Positions 1 to 12,080 of a DNA stretch of 64,000 bases are shown here, piece by piece (within the stretch, counting starts at the first letter, position 1; each line of letters begins with the position of its first letter). The notes beneath the pieces were generated by a model that saw nothing but the letters and a program-made list of their open reading frames with translations, did not search any database and was not told the DNA's origin. This stretch comes from Tricharina praecox. Taxonomy: Eukaryota. Location of the stretch: positions 1,178,001 to 1,242,000 of the forward strand of contig NW_026250410.1 in NCBI RefSeq assembly GCF_024521635.1, written 5' to 3'. The translations under genes were made by a program, and so were the position numbers.

Positions 1-208
1 CCCTCCGCCCCCTACCCCCCGCATGTTTACAGCCTGTATATAACTGGCTGGATTCCTGCCCTCATGGCCGCTGCATCTCCATCTTCATCTCAACATAAGC
101 CTTCCTCACTCTCAGACAAAACACCTCAATCAGTCCCAGTCCTATCCAATCCACTCCACTCCAATCCACTCCAATCCACTCCGGTCTCTTACTTCAAACT
201 CCATCAAC

Positions 209-1009
209 ATGTCCACCACCACCCAAGTCGACGACAGCAAGCAGTGGGACCGTGCCCAGAGTGTCGACAACATCAGCAGCACCCCGACAGGCGTTACCGG
301 TGTCCCCCTCGAGTACTTTGAGAAACTCCATGGCGCCCGTTTCAACCCCGCCAAAACATTCGGTAACCCTGCACCAGTAGCTCTCGCCGGCCTGGTCATG
401 TGCTTGACGCCGCTCTCCTGCCAGCTCATGGGATGGCGAGGCTCGGACAGCAGCGGAGCGGCCAACAACGGTGCCCACATCTTCTGCGGAGGACTGCTCC
501 TCCTCCTCGGCGGTATCCTCGAGTTCTTCCTCGGCCACACCTTCTCGTTCGTCGTCTTCTCCGCGTACGGAGGATTCTTCTTCGCCCTCGGAGCCACCCT
601 GATGCCCTTCTTCAATGCCACTCCCCCCTACGCCGGTGCCGAAGGCGGCCTGACCACCGAATTCTACAACTCGTTCGGCTTCTTCTACCTCTTCATCGGC
701 CTGCTCTCCGTCCTCTTCCTGGTCTGCAGCATCCGCACCAACATCGTCCTCGTCGTCCTCTTCCTCGCCTACTCGATTGCCTTCCCGGTCCTCGCTGCTG
801 CCGACTGGCAGCGCGGCCAGCACAACGAGGCGTCCGCACACACCCTCGAGGTCACCGCCGGTGCCGCTTGCTTCGTCGTCTCCCTCTGCGGCTGGTACGC
901 ACTCGCCGCCTCCCTTCTCGACTCGGTCGACATGCCGATCTCGCTGCCAATGGGTGACTTGAGCAAGTTGATCCCTGCTCGTAAGGCGGTCGACGAGGAG
1001 TCCCGATAA
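209..1009 (+). CDS. GPR1/FUN34/YaaH (Ato/AlcS-like) acetate/carboxylate transporter, 266 aa
   Basis: Family motif FGNPAPVALAG, about 6 hydrophobic segments, 'FFLGHTFSFVVFSAYGGFF' and 'CSIRTN' motifs, strong C-ending codon bias, intronless. Confidence 0.93.
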   Translation: MSTTTQVDDSKQWDRAQSVDNISSTPTGVTGVPLEYFEKLHGARFNPAKTFGNPAPVALAGLVMCLTPLSCQLMGWRGSDSSGAANNGAHIFCGGLLLLLGGILEFFLGHTFSFVVFSAYGGFFFALGATLMPFFNATPPYAGAEGGLTTEFYNSFGFFYLFIGLLSVLFLVCSIRTNIVLVVLFLAYSIAFPVLAAADWQRGQHNEASAHTLEVTAGAACFVVSLCGWYALAASLLDSVDMPISLPMGDLSKLIPARKAVDEESR

Positions 1010-1779
1010 TTTCGTGGTGGATTCTGATTATTATTTTTGCTGGTGTTACTGGTGGGGAGTGCGATGATGATGAATCTTTTTCCTTTGCTTGGGTTGTTTT
1101 TCCTTTGGGGTTTAATTGGAGCCACTGTATATAATAAAGGCTACAAAAGTTTGACTTTTTAAAACTTTCTTCTCGTTCGTTTCTCGTGAGAAGGTGTTTG
1201 CTCTACCTACGTGATCGTTTCAGTCCACTGGTGATATTTTTGACAACCGAAATCAAAACTCACGATGAAACTTAGAAGTCCAAGAGCGGAGACGATTAAC
1301 GCTTTCCATCTCATCGTCCGCTGTTGAGATCAAACACTTGACCAGACAGACAGGCGAACGATTGTCCCATTGCTGGCGTTGATGAAAAATTCGCCAGACG
1401 AAATTTAACCAGCCAGGCGGTTTGGTTTCTGGCGTTTTCGCCGTGGAGAACAACCCATAGTTGGTCCAATTGAGACCAATCTCGAGATCCTCGACCACGA
1501 GATTCAGATTCAACTCAATCTCGAAGGTCTCGGACTGCGGCTCGAAATCCATCCATGGAAACTTCAACTTTTACGCCTTGGAGCGATTCCGCAGGCAAAT
1601 GGAAACCCCTCAACACATAGGCGTGCCTTGTCGCAGCCCAGCCCAGCCCAGCCCTCCCTCCCTCCCGCTTGCTCAATCGGGTCGGAAGATAAACAACCCG
1701 CAAAAATCCGACCGGAGGTGCGGAGTTGTCCAGTTGAGAGTCTCTCGATACGGGATTGCCGCCAAAGATTGCGAACCAA

Positions 1780-2470
1780 GGCGAGTTGAAACCTCCGGCC
1801 GTTTCTCGCCACCGGGAGAGAAGCGGGAGCCGGAATTCCCCAGTTCAGTCCAGCCTCCCCACGACTCCCCACTCGCCACCGCCGTCGCCGCCCGTAGATA
1901 ATCGTTCAGCCCCCAGGTCTCTCCCCCCGCAAGGCCCAGTCCACAATCCGAAATCGTCCGGTGCCTAAGTTAATCGGCGACCAAACCCGTCCCCCCACGA
2001 AAACTATCCATCCACCCATCCATCCCACCCCACCCCATCCCTTCCAGCCCGCCCACACCCTGGTCGAAAGTCCCTGCGATATCGATTGCGCTAGTCAACC
2101 ACAGCAACTATAGTAGCGTGGACCACATATCGCATCGGTCGGTCCCAGAGTTGAGTTCTGGAGTCGACGTCTTGGCCAGCAAAGGATGGGAGCCGGTTGT
2201 CGTTGGGGGGGACGCGGAGTTTACTGCTTGATCCCGCCGCTATGGGGTAGCGGGGTTTGTATAGTACATGTGTGTAACTATGACATATGTACCTGTGTAC
2301 CTATGGTGTGTATGTACGGCGGGGCGGGGCTGGGCGGGGCTCGGTGTTTTTTTTGTGATGCATTGGTCGCTGTGGCTGGTGGGAGTGGGTGGTGGGTGTT
2401 CTGGAAGATTGTTCCGTGCTAAGAGCTCGGGGTCGGTGCGGCTGAGCGGGGCGGGGGAAACGGTACTCGT
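1780..2470. repeat. Degenerate spacerless palindrome (empty stem-loop), centre about 2104
   Basis: Collinear reverse-complement blocks: 2075-2082 TGCGATAT / 2127-2134 ATATCGCA; 1983-2020 / 2184-2222; 1799-1814 / 2447-2463. Confidence 0.7.
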
Positions 2471-5400
2471 AAACGGAAGAAAAAATTCTATAACCAGACA
2501 GCTGGAGCTGGCAGGACGTCCCTATATAATTATTGTATCCTCGTCCGCCGTCACGGAAGCGCCGCGTTGTGTCGAGCGCCTCACGCCTCAATTCGCCGTC
2601 CACATCTCTATCTACTATATCCTATCTATGCATTCGGCGACTGACCCCCCTCCCCCCCGCGCGTGCTCCCACAGGGCGACAGGTCGGCCGGCGCCCACTC
2701 TGAGTGGGTGGGTGCAGGTGCCGCGGACCGAGCCGCCACTACGGTAGGTAGCTAATCACTGTCCCCGAGATATGTACGCCGGCGCGCCGAAGGTGAGTTG
2801 CTCGTACGTAACGGAAACTGCGGTCCCGGGGTGGTGGGGTGTGGCGGATGCGCACCAGCCACGGCTAGGTAAGTGCACGGCATCTGTGGCACAGCCCGCG
2901 CCGGTGACACGTTGTTTTCAGGTAAACCACAGCAACGATGGAAATCCGTGGTCAGCCCGTCGGCCCGCCGAAAGAAAAGTGATGGAGGTGGGTATTGAAA
3001 ATAATCCGCGGTAAATCATGTCATCGCCCATCCCCCGCCCCCGCCCCCCAGCCATAATTGGGTATGTATGTTTTGGCTTTCTGTAATGCGATATCCAGAA
3101 TCCACAATACTGGTGAAGATGGGGGGCGGCCCCAAAATCACTACAGTGGTTGATCGTGTGATCAACTTTACAAATCTGCAACTTGGATCTTCGGGGAGAA
3201 GTGTGGGGAGGAGTCGAGTTTTTTCCGTGATGCCGGGGGGTCTCCCTCTCTTTCTCGTTTTTTTCCGCCGGAAATTTCCGGGACGCCGGCCACGCTGTTT
3301 TTCGCTGTGTGACGGAATACGGTACTAGTTATAGAGTATCCCCTTCGTTCATCGACGGCTCGCCGGACGGTAATTTCTCAGGATATTTCCGTGAAATTAC
3401 GACTGTGGCCGAGAATTTTGAGGTCTCGGGGCGGGTGGGCGGGTACTACGAGGGTGGACGAAGCAGAAGCAGAAGCAAGGGATCATTCTCATACATAGTC
3501 TTCTACTATTCTACAGCGCCGGCATTGCACTTCCCACTTCAGTCTGAGCAATCTGAGCAATCTGAAGCCGCTGCTGTCCACGAACAAACGAAAAATGCGA
3601 AGGCTGTCACACACGCGACCAGAAGTGATGTGACATGTTGGGATATTTAGGATGGAATTGATGGCGCGGTAACCGTCCCCAACTTCCCACTTCCCCATTA
3701 TTGCATTGCATTGAGAGATCAATTCATAGCATATCACCCCACGTGAGTGCTATACTATACTACACTATAGATACAACTAGCGAGCACTCAGCCCCGCCGA
3801 CCACTGGTTATCTGGTACCGTATCTGAAATTCGAACACGTAAACCGGGCGGGCCTCTGACAGATTATCCAAGTACACTTGTGTGAAGGGTTAGGCTCAAA
3901 CGGCAACTGGTTAAAAACCGACAGACTTGACGCACCAGCACCAACACCAGCACCAATACCAGCACCAGCACCGTGACCCACAAGCCATGGTAACTCCCCT
4001 AGGTATATGTATGTACCACAGCCCGCTCAATAACACCATGGCCCGCGGCTAGTAACTTCTGGACGAAACCCACGTAGAGTATCTAACGTACCTACGGAAC
4101 TCCTATATACATGTCCAGATGTCATTCCGGTTCCTCAGCAGAGCCGATTTCACACCACCTTATAGTCCAGCAACTCGAATCTCTTGCTGCCAGACAAATT
4201 TCACGGACGAGATGAGCGAAGCCAGAGTAGTGGTAGTTAACAACGATGCCAAAATTCAAACGCCACAACCACAGCCACAGCAGCCACACTCCACAGTGCC
4301 ACAGTGCCACACTCCACACTCCACACACTGGGTAGTAGGTACCTCGGTTGGCAAGTTGCAGCGAGTTGCAACAACCACCACCAGCCACCTGAGGATTTGG
4401 CTAAGGATTTGGTGTGGGGGGGGCTTGTGATTTAGCGTCAGTATGTATGCATATCAAGTACCTATGTATGCATATCATAGTAGTATCATATAGACATGCG
4501 AGCAGGACGCCACCATGTAACTAACATTGTGCAATGGGCATCGCACCCCACAGTCGAGTATGTAGGCACCTACTCTAGTCACGCGGCTGGAATTGAAATC
4601 GAAAACACGTGGAAGCCGACGCACACGGGCAACGGGGAAAAGCAGCCCTGCCGAAGCCGTGTCGGTCTGGCCGGGTGTCCGTCTGTTCGGTGTTCGGTCC
4701 GCTGTTCGGGATCATGTCTAATCAATCGGACGAAACGCTTTCTGCTTGCAGTCCAGGTATCACCGGGTTAACAGTGAACTCCCGTGGATGGGCTGGGCGG
4801 AGAGCAATATGGAACCCACATCGAGCTCACGGCCAGCAGTTGGAGACAGTGAGTGCAAACAGCTATAATCTGATAAGGTCGAATGCTATGAGACAAAAAC
4901 AAAAACAAAAAATCAGTGGCTCCCGTGTGCTCCTGATCGTTGGAAATGCGCCACCTTCCGCTTGTCTGCCTGCGAGTAGCTCAGCGTGAACGGCCCTCAA
5001 ACCCTCACCCCCCCCCCCACACACCACCACCACCACCGCTGCCGTCGACTTGAACTCATTGCAGAGTGACGTCCACTGCTCCCACTTCCGCCATTTGCAG
5101 GTTATGAGCTTTTACACAGGTAATAATTCAGCTACGGTCATAGAACCATGAACACACGGCTTCCCGTCCGCTCAGCCCTAGTTAAGCATGGTATCGCCAG
5201 GTTAGTACTGCAGTGGGTGACCATGCGGGAATCCCTGGTACCGTAGTTTTTTTCCCTCCCTTAATTTTTTTTGTTTTATCATACTCTTATTACACCTTCT
5301 TTTTTCCCCGGGTTGGGGTTCTGTTCCCAGTGTTTATGGTGTTAGGCACCTCACATGTGTGGTCAGTGATGTAATATCTCACTCGTTGCTTAGTCGCTTA

Positions 5401-5807
5401 CGTGGTCATGATGGCGGGAGTACTGGCTGCCTACCACGGCTCTTTTATGTCTTCTCTCGAGACTTTCATACTCTAAATAATACAACACTTATTCATACAT
5501 TCCAACAAGTGACGCAGAACCTCCACCCTCTAAGTCCAATTTCTTGCTAAGTCGTTCCGCTTGCAAAGTCGCGGGCTCCGGTGGAGCTTAGAGGGAAGGG
5601 GACAATATATAGGAACAGATCAAGCACGGTTCTCGGCCACACACACTACGTTTGCCGGTACGGTATCTAGGTATTTTCGGGGCAGAACTGTGCTTGGCTG
5701 CGGCCTGCGGGGTTGAGTGAAGGAACTCCTCCAGGCTTTGCGGATTTTGTGGTTGGATCATTGGTTCTACCTATTCACTTCTTCTTCGAAAAAGAGAGAG
5801 AGAGAAA

Positions 5808-6401
5808 TTCAATTTATGTCGCATACGCCGTCGGCCTTGTATGTACAGACTATGGCGATCAACTTCACGCCGGCGTTGTTGACTACCCTATCATCAGCAC
5901 GTCCCCATCCAGACGAAAAAGCAGACTCGGAGGCAACCGACTTATCACCGTCGGATCACCGTGCTTATCCTTCACGGCATTCGCAGTACTGACCACATCC
6001 GCGTCGTCCCTAACATTACATCGGAAATAGTGGATCCTCGGGTTCTGCTCCGCCTCGGCACGCAGCGGGTTCAGGTCGAGAACTACCACCTCCACCCCGC
6101 GCGCGGCAAACATTCCTGCCGCTGCGGCACCGACTCCACTGCTCCCGCCGGTCAATAGTACCAGTGGCGCTCGTCCACCGTCGAGCCGCCCGAGACGCCA
6201 GTTGTTGCGCGCACAGCGGTTCAGGAAGCCGTTGAGGTGGTAGACGATCCCGGCTGCTAGCACGAGCACGCTGGACGTCGGGTACGAGTGACGCAGGAAC
6301 CAGGCGGCTGGTGCAGTGAGAAGCGGGTTCAGGAATACCGCTGCAACGAGAGAGCACACGGTATCGACGAAGATGCCTTCACGGGGGATAAGAGGTGCCA
6401 T
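5808..6401 (-). pseudogene. Short-chain dehydrogenase/reductase, apparently 3'-truncated
   Basis: N-terminal TM segment, 'LLTGGSSGVG' Rossmann motif, 'VVVLDL', 'YFRCNV', 'HGDPTV'. After a probable intron (about 5876-5941) comes 'NNAG', then an early stop. I could not find a YxxxK exon downstream. The 3' boundary is approximate. Confidence 0.65.
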
Positions 6402-6705
6402 TGTCAACGATGGGGGTATGGTTCGGAGGAGTAAGTGGTAATGGGAATGGGAAATGGAGCAGTGTTATATTTAACAACCGGGCTAAGCTGATGTAATGCA
6501 AGACGTGGGATAAATATTAAACCGTCATGAGCGTGATCTGCACTGCTATAGCCTGATCAAGACAGGTACCTCACTGCCCAGTGCCCAGACATAATCTCGA
6601 GTGATGGTTCGTGAGACACATTAAAATAGATGTTGCAGTTGCGAGTTGCGAGTGCGACGTCAAGTCGAAACAAGCACATTCAATAACCTGGTTGCGAACA
6701 AATCC

Positions 6706-7041
6706 TTACGCCACAACGCCATCCAAGGATCCCCTCCAAGGATCCCCTCCAACGCTCTCAAGCAAAGAAAATCCCAACCAACCCCAACCCCAACCATCTA
6801 ATCCCACCTCGCCCCGCCTCTCCCTCTCCCACTTCAACTCCTTCTCGAGCGCATCGCGGCCCTGCTTATACTGGCGCATGACATCTCCAGCGCTGGGCCC
6901 GCCCGTACGTATACCCTCCAACCCCCGCCTCAGCGCCGCCTCCCGCCGAAGGCTCTTTTCTAACTCTTCGTACAGTGCCCGCTGCAGCTTCTTCTCGTCT
7001 TGCAGCTGGGCGTGGAGGATGGCCTCTGTGGGGGTGGACAT
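6706..7041 (-). CDS. Small hypothetical coiled-coil protein; 3' end may be spliced
   Basis: ATG in AAACAATG context; heptad-like E/K/R/L-rich sequence (LQDEKKLQRALYEELEKSLRREAALRR) with coding-like codon usage. Confidence 0.45.
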   Translation of the reverse strand: MSTPTEAILHAQLQDEKKLQRALYEELEKSLRREAALRRGLEGIRTGGPSAGDVMRQYKQGRDALEKELKWERERRGEVGLDGWGWGWLGFSLLESVGGDPWRGSLDGVVA

Positions 7042-9130
7042 TGTTTATTGGCCACCTACCTAATATGCTGTTGTTTTGTTGTGTTGTGGTGTCTGGCGGT
7101 GTGTGGTTGTGTTGTGGTGTCTGGCGGTGTGTGGTTGTGTTGTGGTGTCTGGCAGTGTGTGGTTGTGTGCGTGCGAATGTGCGTCTTGTAGCGAAGCCGG
7201 AAGAGAAAGTCAGCGCGAGGTTAAGGAGGTAGGGAAATAGTCTGGAAATAGCAGAACGGATCCGCGTATTCAAGTTATACATATCATACAAAGTACCCGC
7301 ACGCACACACTACCGACGTGCGTCCATATCCCCACAAACACAAAAGCTACCATAGATATAATAGCCTTGACCAGAAGATCCAAAGCATAGACTGACGACG
7401 GATCCGCCGACGACGAGGAGGAATAATAAGTGCATCCGAGTCCCGACGACTCGGAACCCGGAACTAAGCCGGCAGCGGCGAGACACACCCACTTCAGCGA
7501 TCTCCTCGACCCGTCGTCGCGGTACACTCCCGCCCACGTTCGAGGATGCCGTTCAATCGAGAGAGAAGATAAACAGCGCATCGATTTCTACTACCTAGTA
7601 GTCACCTAGTACATCTAGAGAAGCGACACCACCTACCGAGTGAGCACTGGTGCTGCCAGCTCCGAATCCCCGGCATGGGTTGGAAATACGGTATAGTGAA
7701 GTATCGTATGGTATTTTCAAGCGCTTGGAAATAAGAGAAAGATAGAGTCGTATGCGGCTTTCCTGGACCGTGGCGGCGCCTGGGACATGATGCGGCGCAC
7801 TCGAGTTCACCGCGGTCTGAAAACAGAGACGAGTGATGAGCAGTGCAACACGGTTTACTAGGTACCGCTGGGGATAGTTGCTCTACTATTGTTATCTAGT
7901 GTACTCTACTAGGTATAGACATCTCAATACCACCAGCTGCGAAACATTCCGTCCAAATACCGTACCCCCTCGTCCACGTCGTTCCCGTCGTCCCATCCTC
8001 CGGATGTGTACTCTACGTGCGAGCTTCGATACCGTAGTTTACATGTGCCACTTCCAGTCAGCTCGCACCGCCTGCTGCGATGCGTGAGCCAGCACTTGAT
8101 CCGAGCAGCGAAGACCCAGGCAGTTCCGACGATGTGATCGGACTCCGGAGACGGAGACGTATCGTGATGGATCATGGAAATGGAAATTGGAAATGACAGC
8201 GAAGATGGTGGATCATAGGTGCCGGGTATGCGCATGTAGGCAGGTGGGTGGGTATGCTGTTGTTTCCCATCCAGCCAGCTCACGGCCAGGCAGATGAGAT
8301 GGGCGGAAAAATAAGTGAGGGACCAGCACACCTTTGTATGCATACACAAATGCACACCTAAGGAAGTAGGTAGGTAAACCTTGAACGTGTTGGAACTTGG
8401 CCAGGCGTGGTCAAATACCTGGGTACTTGTAGGTACCGGTATCGCAACTTTGGCCACCGCCGTGGTTGTATGTACCCAAGAACCCGACACCATAGGTACT
8501 TGTCACATCCGAACTCAAACGTGGTCGGGATCTCTCCGGCGGCCTGATGTGTCGTTGCACTACCAGAGTAGTCTAGTAAAGGCGAGTTTGCGGACGCTCG
8601 GGTTGTCGCCGGCATAGGTACCAGGTACGCACTCTGCATGACCGGCGTGGTGGTGGTCCGCTTACTCCACATACCGGTGCTTTGGTACCTAGGTGTGAAT
8701 ATTTCAAATCCCTCACTCGAAGGGCTTATTGCACACACAACGTCGAATTCTGCAGAGATGTTTAACTAAACTAAACAAAAACGCAAGGCAAAACAGCAAA
8801 AAAGCAAAAAAGCAAAGAAAGAAGAAAAAAGAAGAAGAAGAAAACGAAGCGTGGGAAGGATCAACGACAGCCAGGTAATTTACTAGCAGACGTGCGCTGC
8901 GAGTCTGCGAGTCTGCGACAGCTCATTGGCATTACAGGCGATCGCCCATACAGATGCTTTGTGGCCACCCCTCACTGCTACGACAGTCTCACTCACACGC
9001 TGACACTCGTCGTCATGCGGTAAATCGTCGACTGCCGCACACTGCACACTACTTACAGTGCGTGCAGCGTATGCCAGCGCAGCTCAGAACGCACTCCCGT
9101 CACTCTGCTCGTTACTCGTCATTCGTTACT

Positions 9131-9239
9131 GAGCGCTGTCTCTGGCTCGTTACCGGAGCGCCGTCTCTGGCTCGTTACCGGAGCGCTGTCTCTGGCTCGT
9201 TACCGGAGCGCTGTCTCTGGCTCGTTACCGGAGCGCTGT
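9131..9239. repeat. Minisatellite, 25-nt unit GAGCGCTGTCTCTGGCTCGTTACCG, about 4.3 copies
   Basis: Read directly; one substitution in copy 2. Confidence 0.95.
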
Positions 9240-9280
9240 ATCAGACTCCGCGAGAGAGGGGGCGAGAGAGAGAAAGAGAC

Positions 9281-9348
9281 AGCCAGTCCAGCCAGTCCAG
9301 CCAGTCCAGCCAGTCCAGCCAGTCCAGCCAGTCCAGCCAGTCCAGCCA
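9281..9348. repeat. Tandem repeat (AGCCAGTCC), about 7.5 copies
   Basis: Read directly. Confidence 0.95.
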
Positions 9349-10787
9349 CTCTTCCGCCACGAGCTCTCGATGCTGCTTCTGATGCTGATGCACCTGCCAT
9401 CACGAACCTGCATGCATGTGATCGTTTCGTTGCGGCGCAACTAGCTCCCGCTGCATGACGTCAAACTCAAAGAAGTCAGAGCCCCCTCGCGGCGAACTCG
9501 GAGGTATTTGGCCATCGGTAAGTTACAACCCCCTCCCCGCCAAAACATCATCCAAACTGCACACAGGACGGCGGGAATCCACGGACTCGGATGGGATCGT
9601 CTCGCGTCGCCGCTGCGTGGACTGAGGGGAAGCTGACTCAGTCATGCCGCTCATCGGGTCGGCGGGAAGTGCGACTGCGAGTGCTCTCTCGACGTCGAAT
9701 CGGGTCGCTTGGATAGGGGAGAGGCAGAGAGAAAGAGCTTGAAAGCTCGAGGACGCACGCGAGTACTTATTCTGGTGAGGAGCGTGTAGATCCGTGGCCG
9801 TGGCTGCAGGAATCGAGTTACGACAATCCGTGGCTGCAGGAAACGAGTTACGACAATCCGTGTTGGCCTTCAATATAAAGATGCAGATTGGGCGCGGGCA
9901 GATAACCAGCACGAGCAGGCATCTTCTCCACCCATACCAGACCGAGATACATGCTCTGCCACTCGACTTCCTGCCAAGCCCCTCGAGAAAGACACCGGAA
10001 GAAAGTCTTCCAGAGGACTCTTCCACCGTCGAGAAGCACCTCACCCCGCCCACCACGCGGCGAACCCGCCTGTCTATGCCCTCTCGGTGATCTACTATAC
10101 GACATGGCATGCCTCCACTCTAATCCGGCGAATTGCGCGTGAGTTGTCCGGGCTGGTTGACGATGGCGCCACTAGGGTCGCGTCAAAGTAGTTGCTCAAT
10201 GTGCCCAGCGAAGTGCACTGACACTGCTCTATCATGGAGATCCCCCTCTCTTTTCCCCACCTACTTATCATACCCATTCTGCTCTCCATGTCCCTCCGCT
10301 GCGGGTGAGGAATTCTCCTCTGTCGGCGTCCTACCCAATCTACCGTCCGTGCGCAATCACAACCTGGCCACCGCTATGTGCTCTGTATGCGTGTGTGAGG
10401 TATGTATGCACTCTACTCTACCCTACTCTACTCTACTCTACGGCCGGCCGGCCAACCCGCCTGCTGTGTGCTCTGCGCTGCGCTGCACGGCTCTCGCCAC
10501 CCCCATGGCACTACAGCCTGAAGACGTCGACACACTCTCCGAGATGCAGCAGCATCACCACTACCACCACCACTACTTGACGCGCACGGATCTCAAGCCC
10601 CTCCCAACGCCCCCCGCCCCTCTTTCCCCGCGTTTTTGCATGATTCCGGGCACACAGCGCACCTCGCACCCACCACCGCAGAGTCCACGACCATCACTAG
10701 GACGGTGGACCAGAACCACCTAGAGTGATTTGCATCCATCCATACTGCCACTACTCTACGGACGCTGCCAGATACTCACTCACCCGG

Positions 10788-10823
10788 CCCAGCCCAGCCC
10801 AGCCCAGCCCAGCCCAGCCCAGC
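10788..10823. repeat. (CCCAG)n microsatellite
   Basis: Read directly. Confidence 0.9.
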
Positions 10824-11333
10824 TCGTCCCATTCATGTTGTCGTAGAGCGCTATCGATCCGCCTCTGCTGTCCGCCCTATTGCTTTTCCTTCTCCTCCGC
10901 CTAACACAGCTCCCCCACTCAACCTATTACCATACACACTCCACCGCTACGTCCCGAGATCCACCCGATACAACCTTACCTTAACCCAGGCAGGCCCTTG
11001 CTTCTTTCATCATACCCACCGACATCTGCCTCCCTCCCTCCCACCCACCGTCCAACCACGCACGGCACCCCCGGACCCGCGGAAGGAAACGAGTCCTGGT
11101 ATATCCCCTGTGCCTATCGGATAGAGAGGAGCCATACCTATTTGCCTGCCGCCCCCTCCTCCTCCCCCTCCCCTCAGATACCGACGTAAAAAAGCAAAGC
11201 CGCCACCTATAAGCCCCCCACCCCGCATACCGTCGTCGCTGCGCCCGAACCCTGACCTCCGATCCAGGGTCCTCGACCCCCAAACCGCCCAAACCAAGCA
11301 GCAAAAGCAAAGACCCGTGCGCCTCTACCCGCC

Positions 11334-12080
11334 ATGTCCATCTCCCTGCCGCCACGACCAACGGCCACCACCTCCCCCCCGACGGCAGCGGAACACTATG
11401 CCGCGCTCTCGGCCCTGCACACACACTACCGGGCCCTCGTCGCCGCCGAGCGCGACACCATGGTGCGCGAGCGCCAGCTGTGGGAGGACGAGCGGAAGCT
11501 CTACGTGCGGCGGATAGAAGAGCTGGAAGCCTCGACGACGACTGCCGGCCCGCCGCCACCCGCTCCCACCCAGCCCGTCGAGTGGTCGCCACCTGCCCAC
11601 CAGCCCCCAACGCGGGACTGGGCTCCACCACCGTACATCGCCGCCGCCGCCGCGGCTACGATCGCCGGGTCACAACAGCAGCAACAGCAGCAGGAGAACT
11701 CACGCCCCGTGCCGCCCGCACCGCAACCGCCGCCGCCGCCTTCACAACCCGCCGCCACGACCAACAACAGCAACGCCAACAACAACGCCACCTCAAAACC
11801 GGTCCTAGCCCTCGACGAAGACGACGAGGACGACGAGATCTCGCCGGAGGAGATGGCGCAGCTGCTGCGCGAGGCGACACGGATCGTGTATCCCATCAGC
11901 CATGCGCGGCCGCGGGGCCGGAGTCTGGCGGAGCCGGCACACGGCGGCGCGGCTAGGGGTCGCCAGCCAAAACCGCATCATGAGAGTGAGCCCGAGGAGG
12001 GCAGCGGCGAGGAGGAGGTCGAGCTTAAGCTCAAGAAGACGAGTAATTTTGGGATGGACTTTGGGAAGTGGCGGTATTGA
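11334..12080 (+). CDS. Hypothetical fungal protein, 248 aa, with N-terminal coiled coil and C-terminal LKLKKTSNFG..FG motif
   Basis: GCCATG start, coiled coil (ERDTMVRERQLWEDERKLYVRRIEELE), P/Q-rich linker, coding codon bias. The C-terminal motif resembles one I recall from uncharacterised ascomycete proteins. Confidence 0.8.
   Translation: MSISLPPRPTATTSPPTAAEHYAALSALHTHYRALVAAERDTMVRERQLWEDERKLYVRRIEELEASTTTAGPPPPAPTQPVEWSPPAHQPPTRDWAPPPYIAAAAAATIAGSQQQQQQQENSRPVPPAPQPPPPPSQPAATTNNSNANNNATSKPVLALDEDDEDDEISPEEMAQLLREATRIVYPISHARPRGRSLAEPAHGGAARGRQPKPHHESEPEEGSGEEEVELKLKKTSNFGMDFGKWRY

Larger units (their letters stand above)
3620..8055. repeat. Degenerate inverted-repeat pair (arms about 3620-4330 and 7075-8055) enclosing the SDR fragment and a small ORF
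   Basis: 3761-3795 vs revcomp 7870-7903; 3644-3658 vs 7946-7959; 3622-3638 vs 8041-8054; CAC-rich 4260-4330 vs GTG-rich 7075-7165. Confidence 0.75.
8230..9955. repeat. Degenerate gene-less stem-loop centred about 9250
   Basis: 8232-8262 / 9911-9954; 8276-8290 / 9792-9806; 8962-8973 / 9501-9514; 9011-9020 / 9451-9460. Confidence 0.65.

Noticed and set aside
4328..8453. Direct-orientation similarity CTGGGTA..GTAGGTACC..GCAA between about 4330 and 8420
   Set aside because: Short and built from GTAC/GGTAG motifs that are abundant throughout the spacers; no collinear support.
9131..9239. 25-nt repeat array as a possible CRISPR
   Set aside because: Contiguous tandem units without spacers, eukaryotic context, no cas genes.
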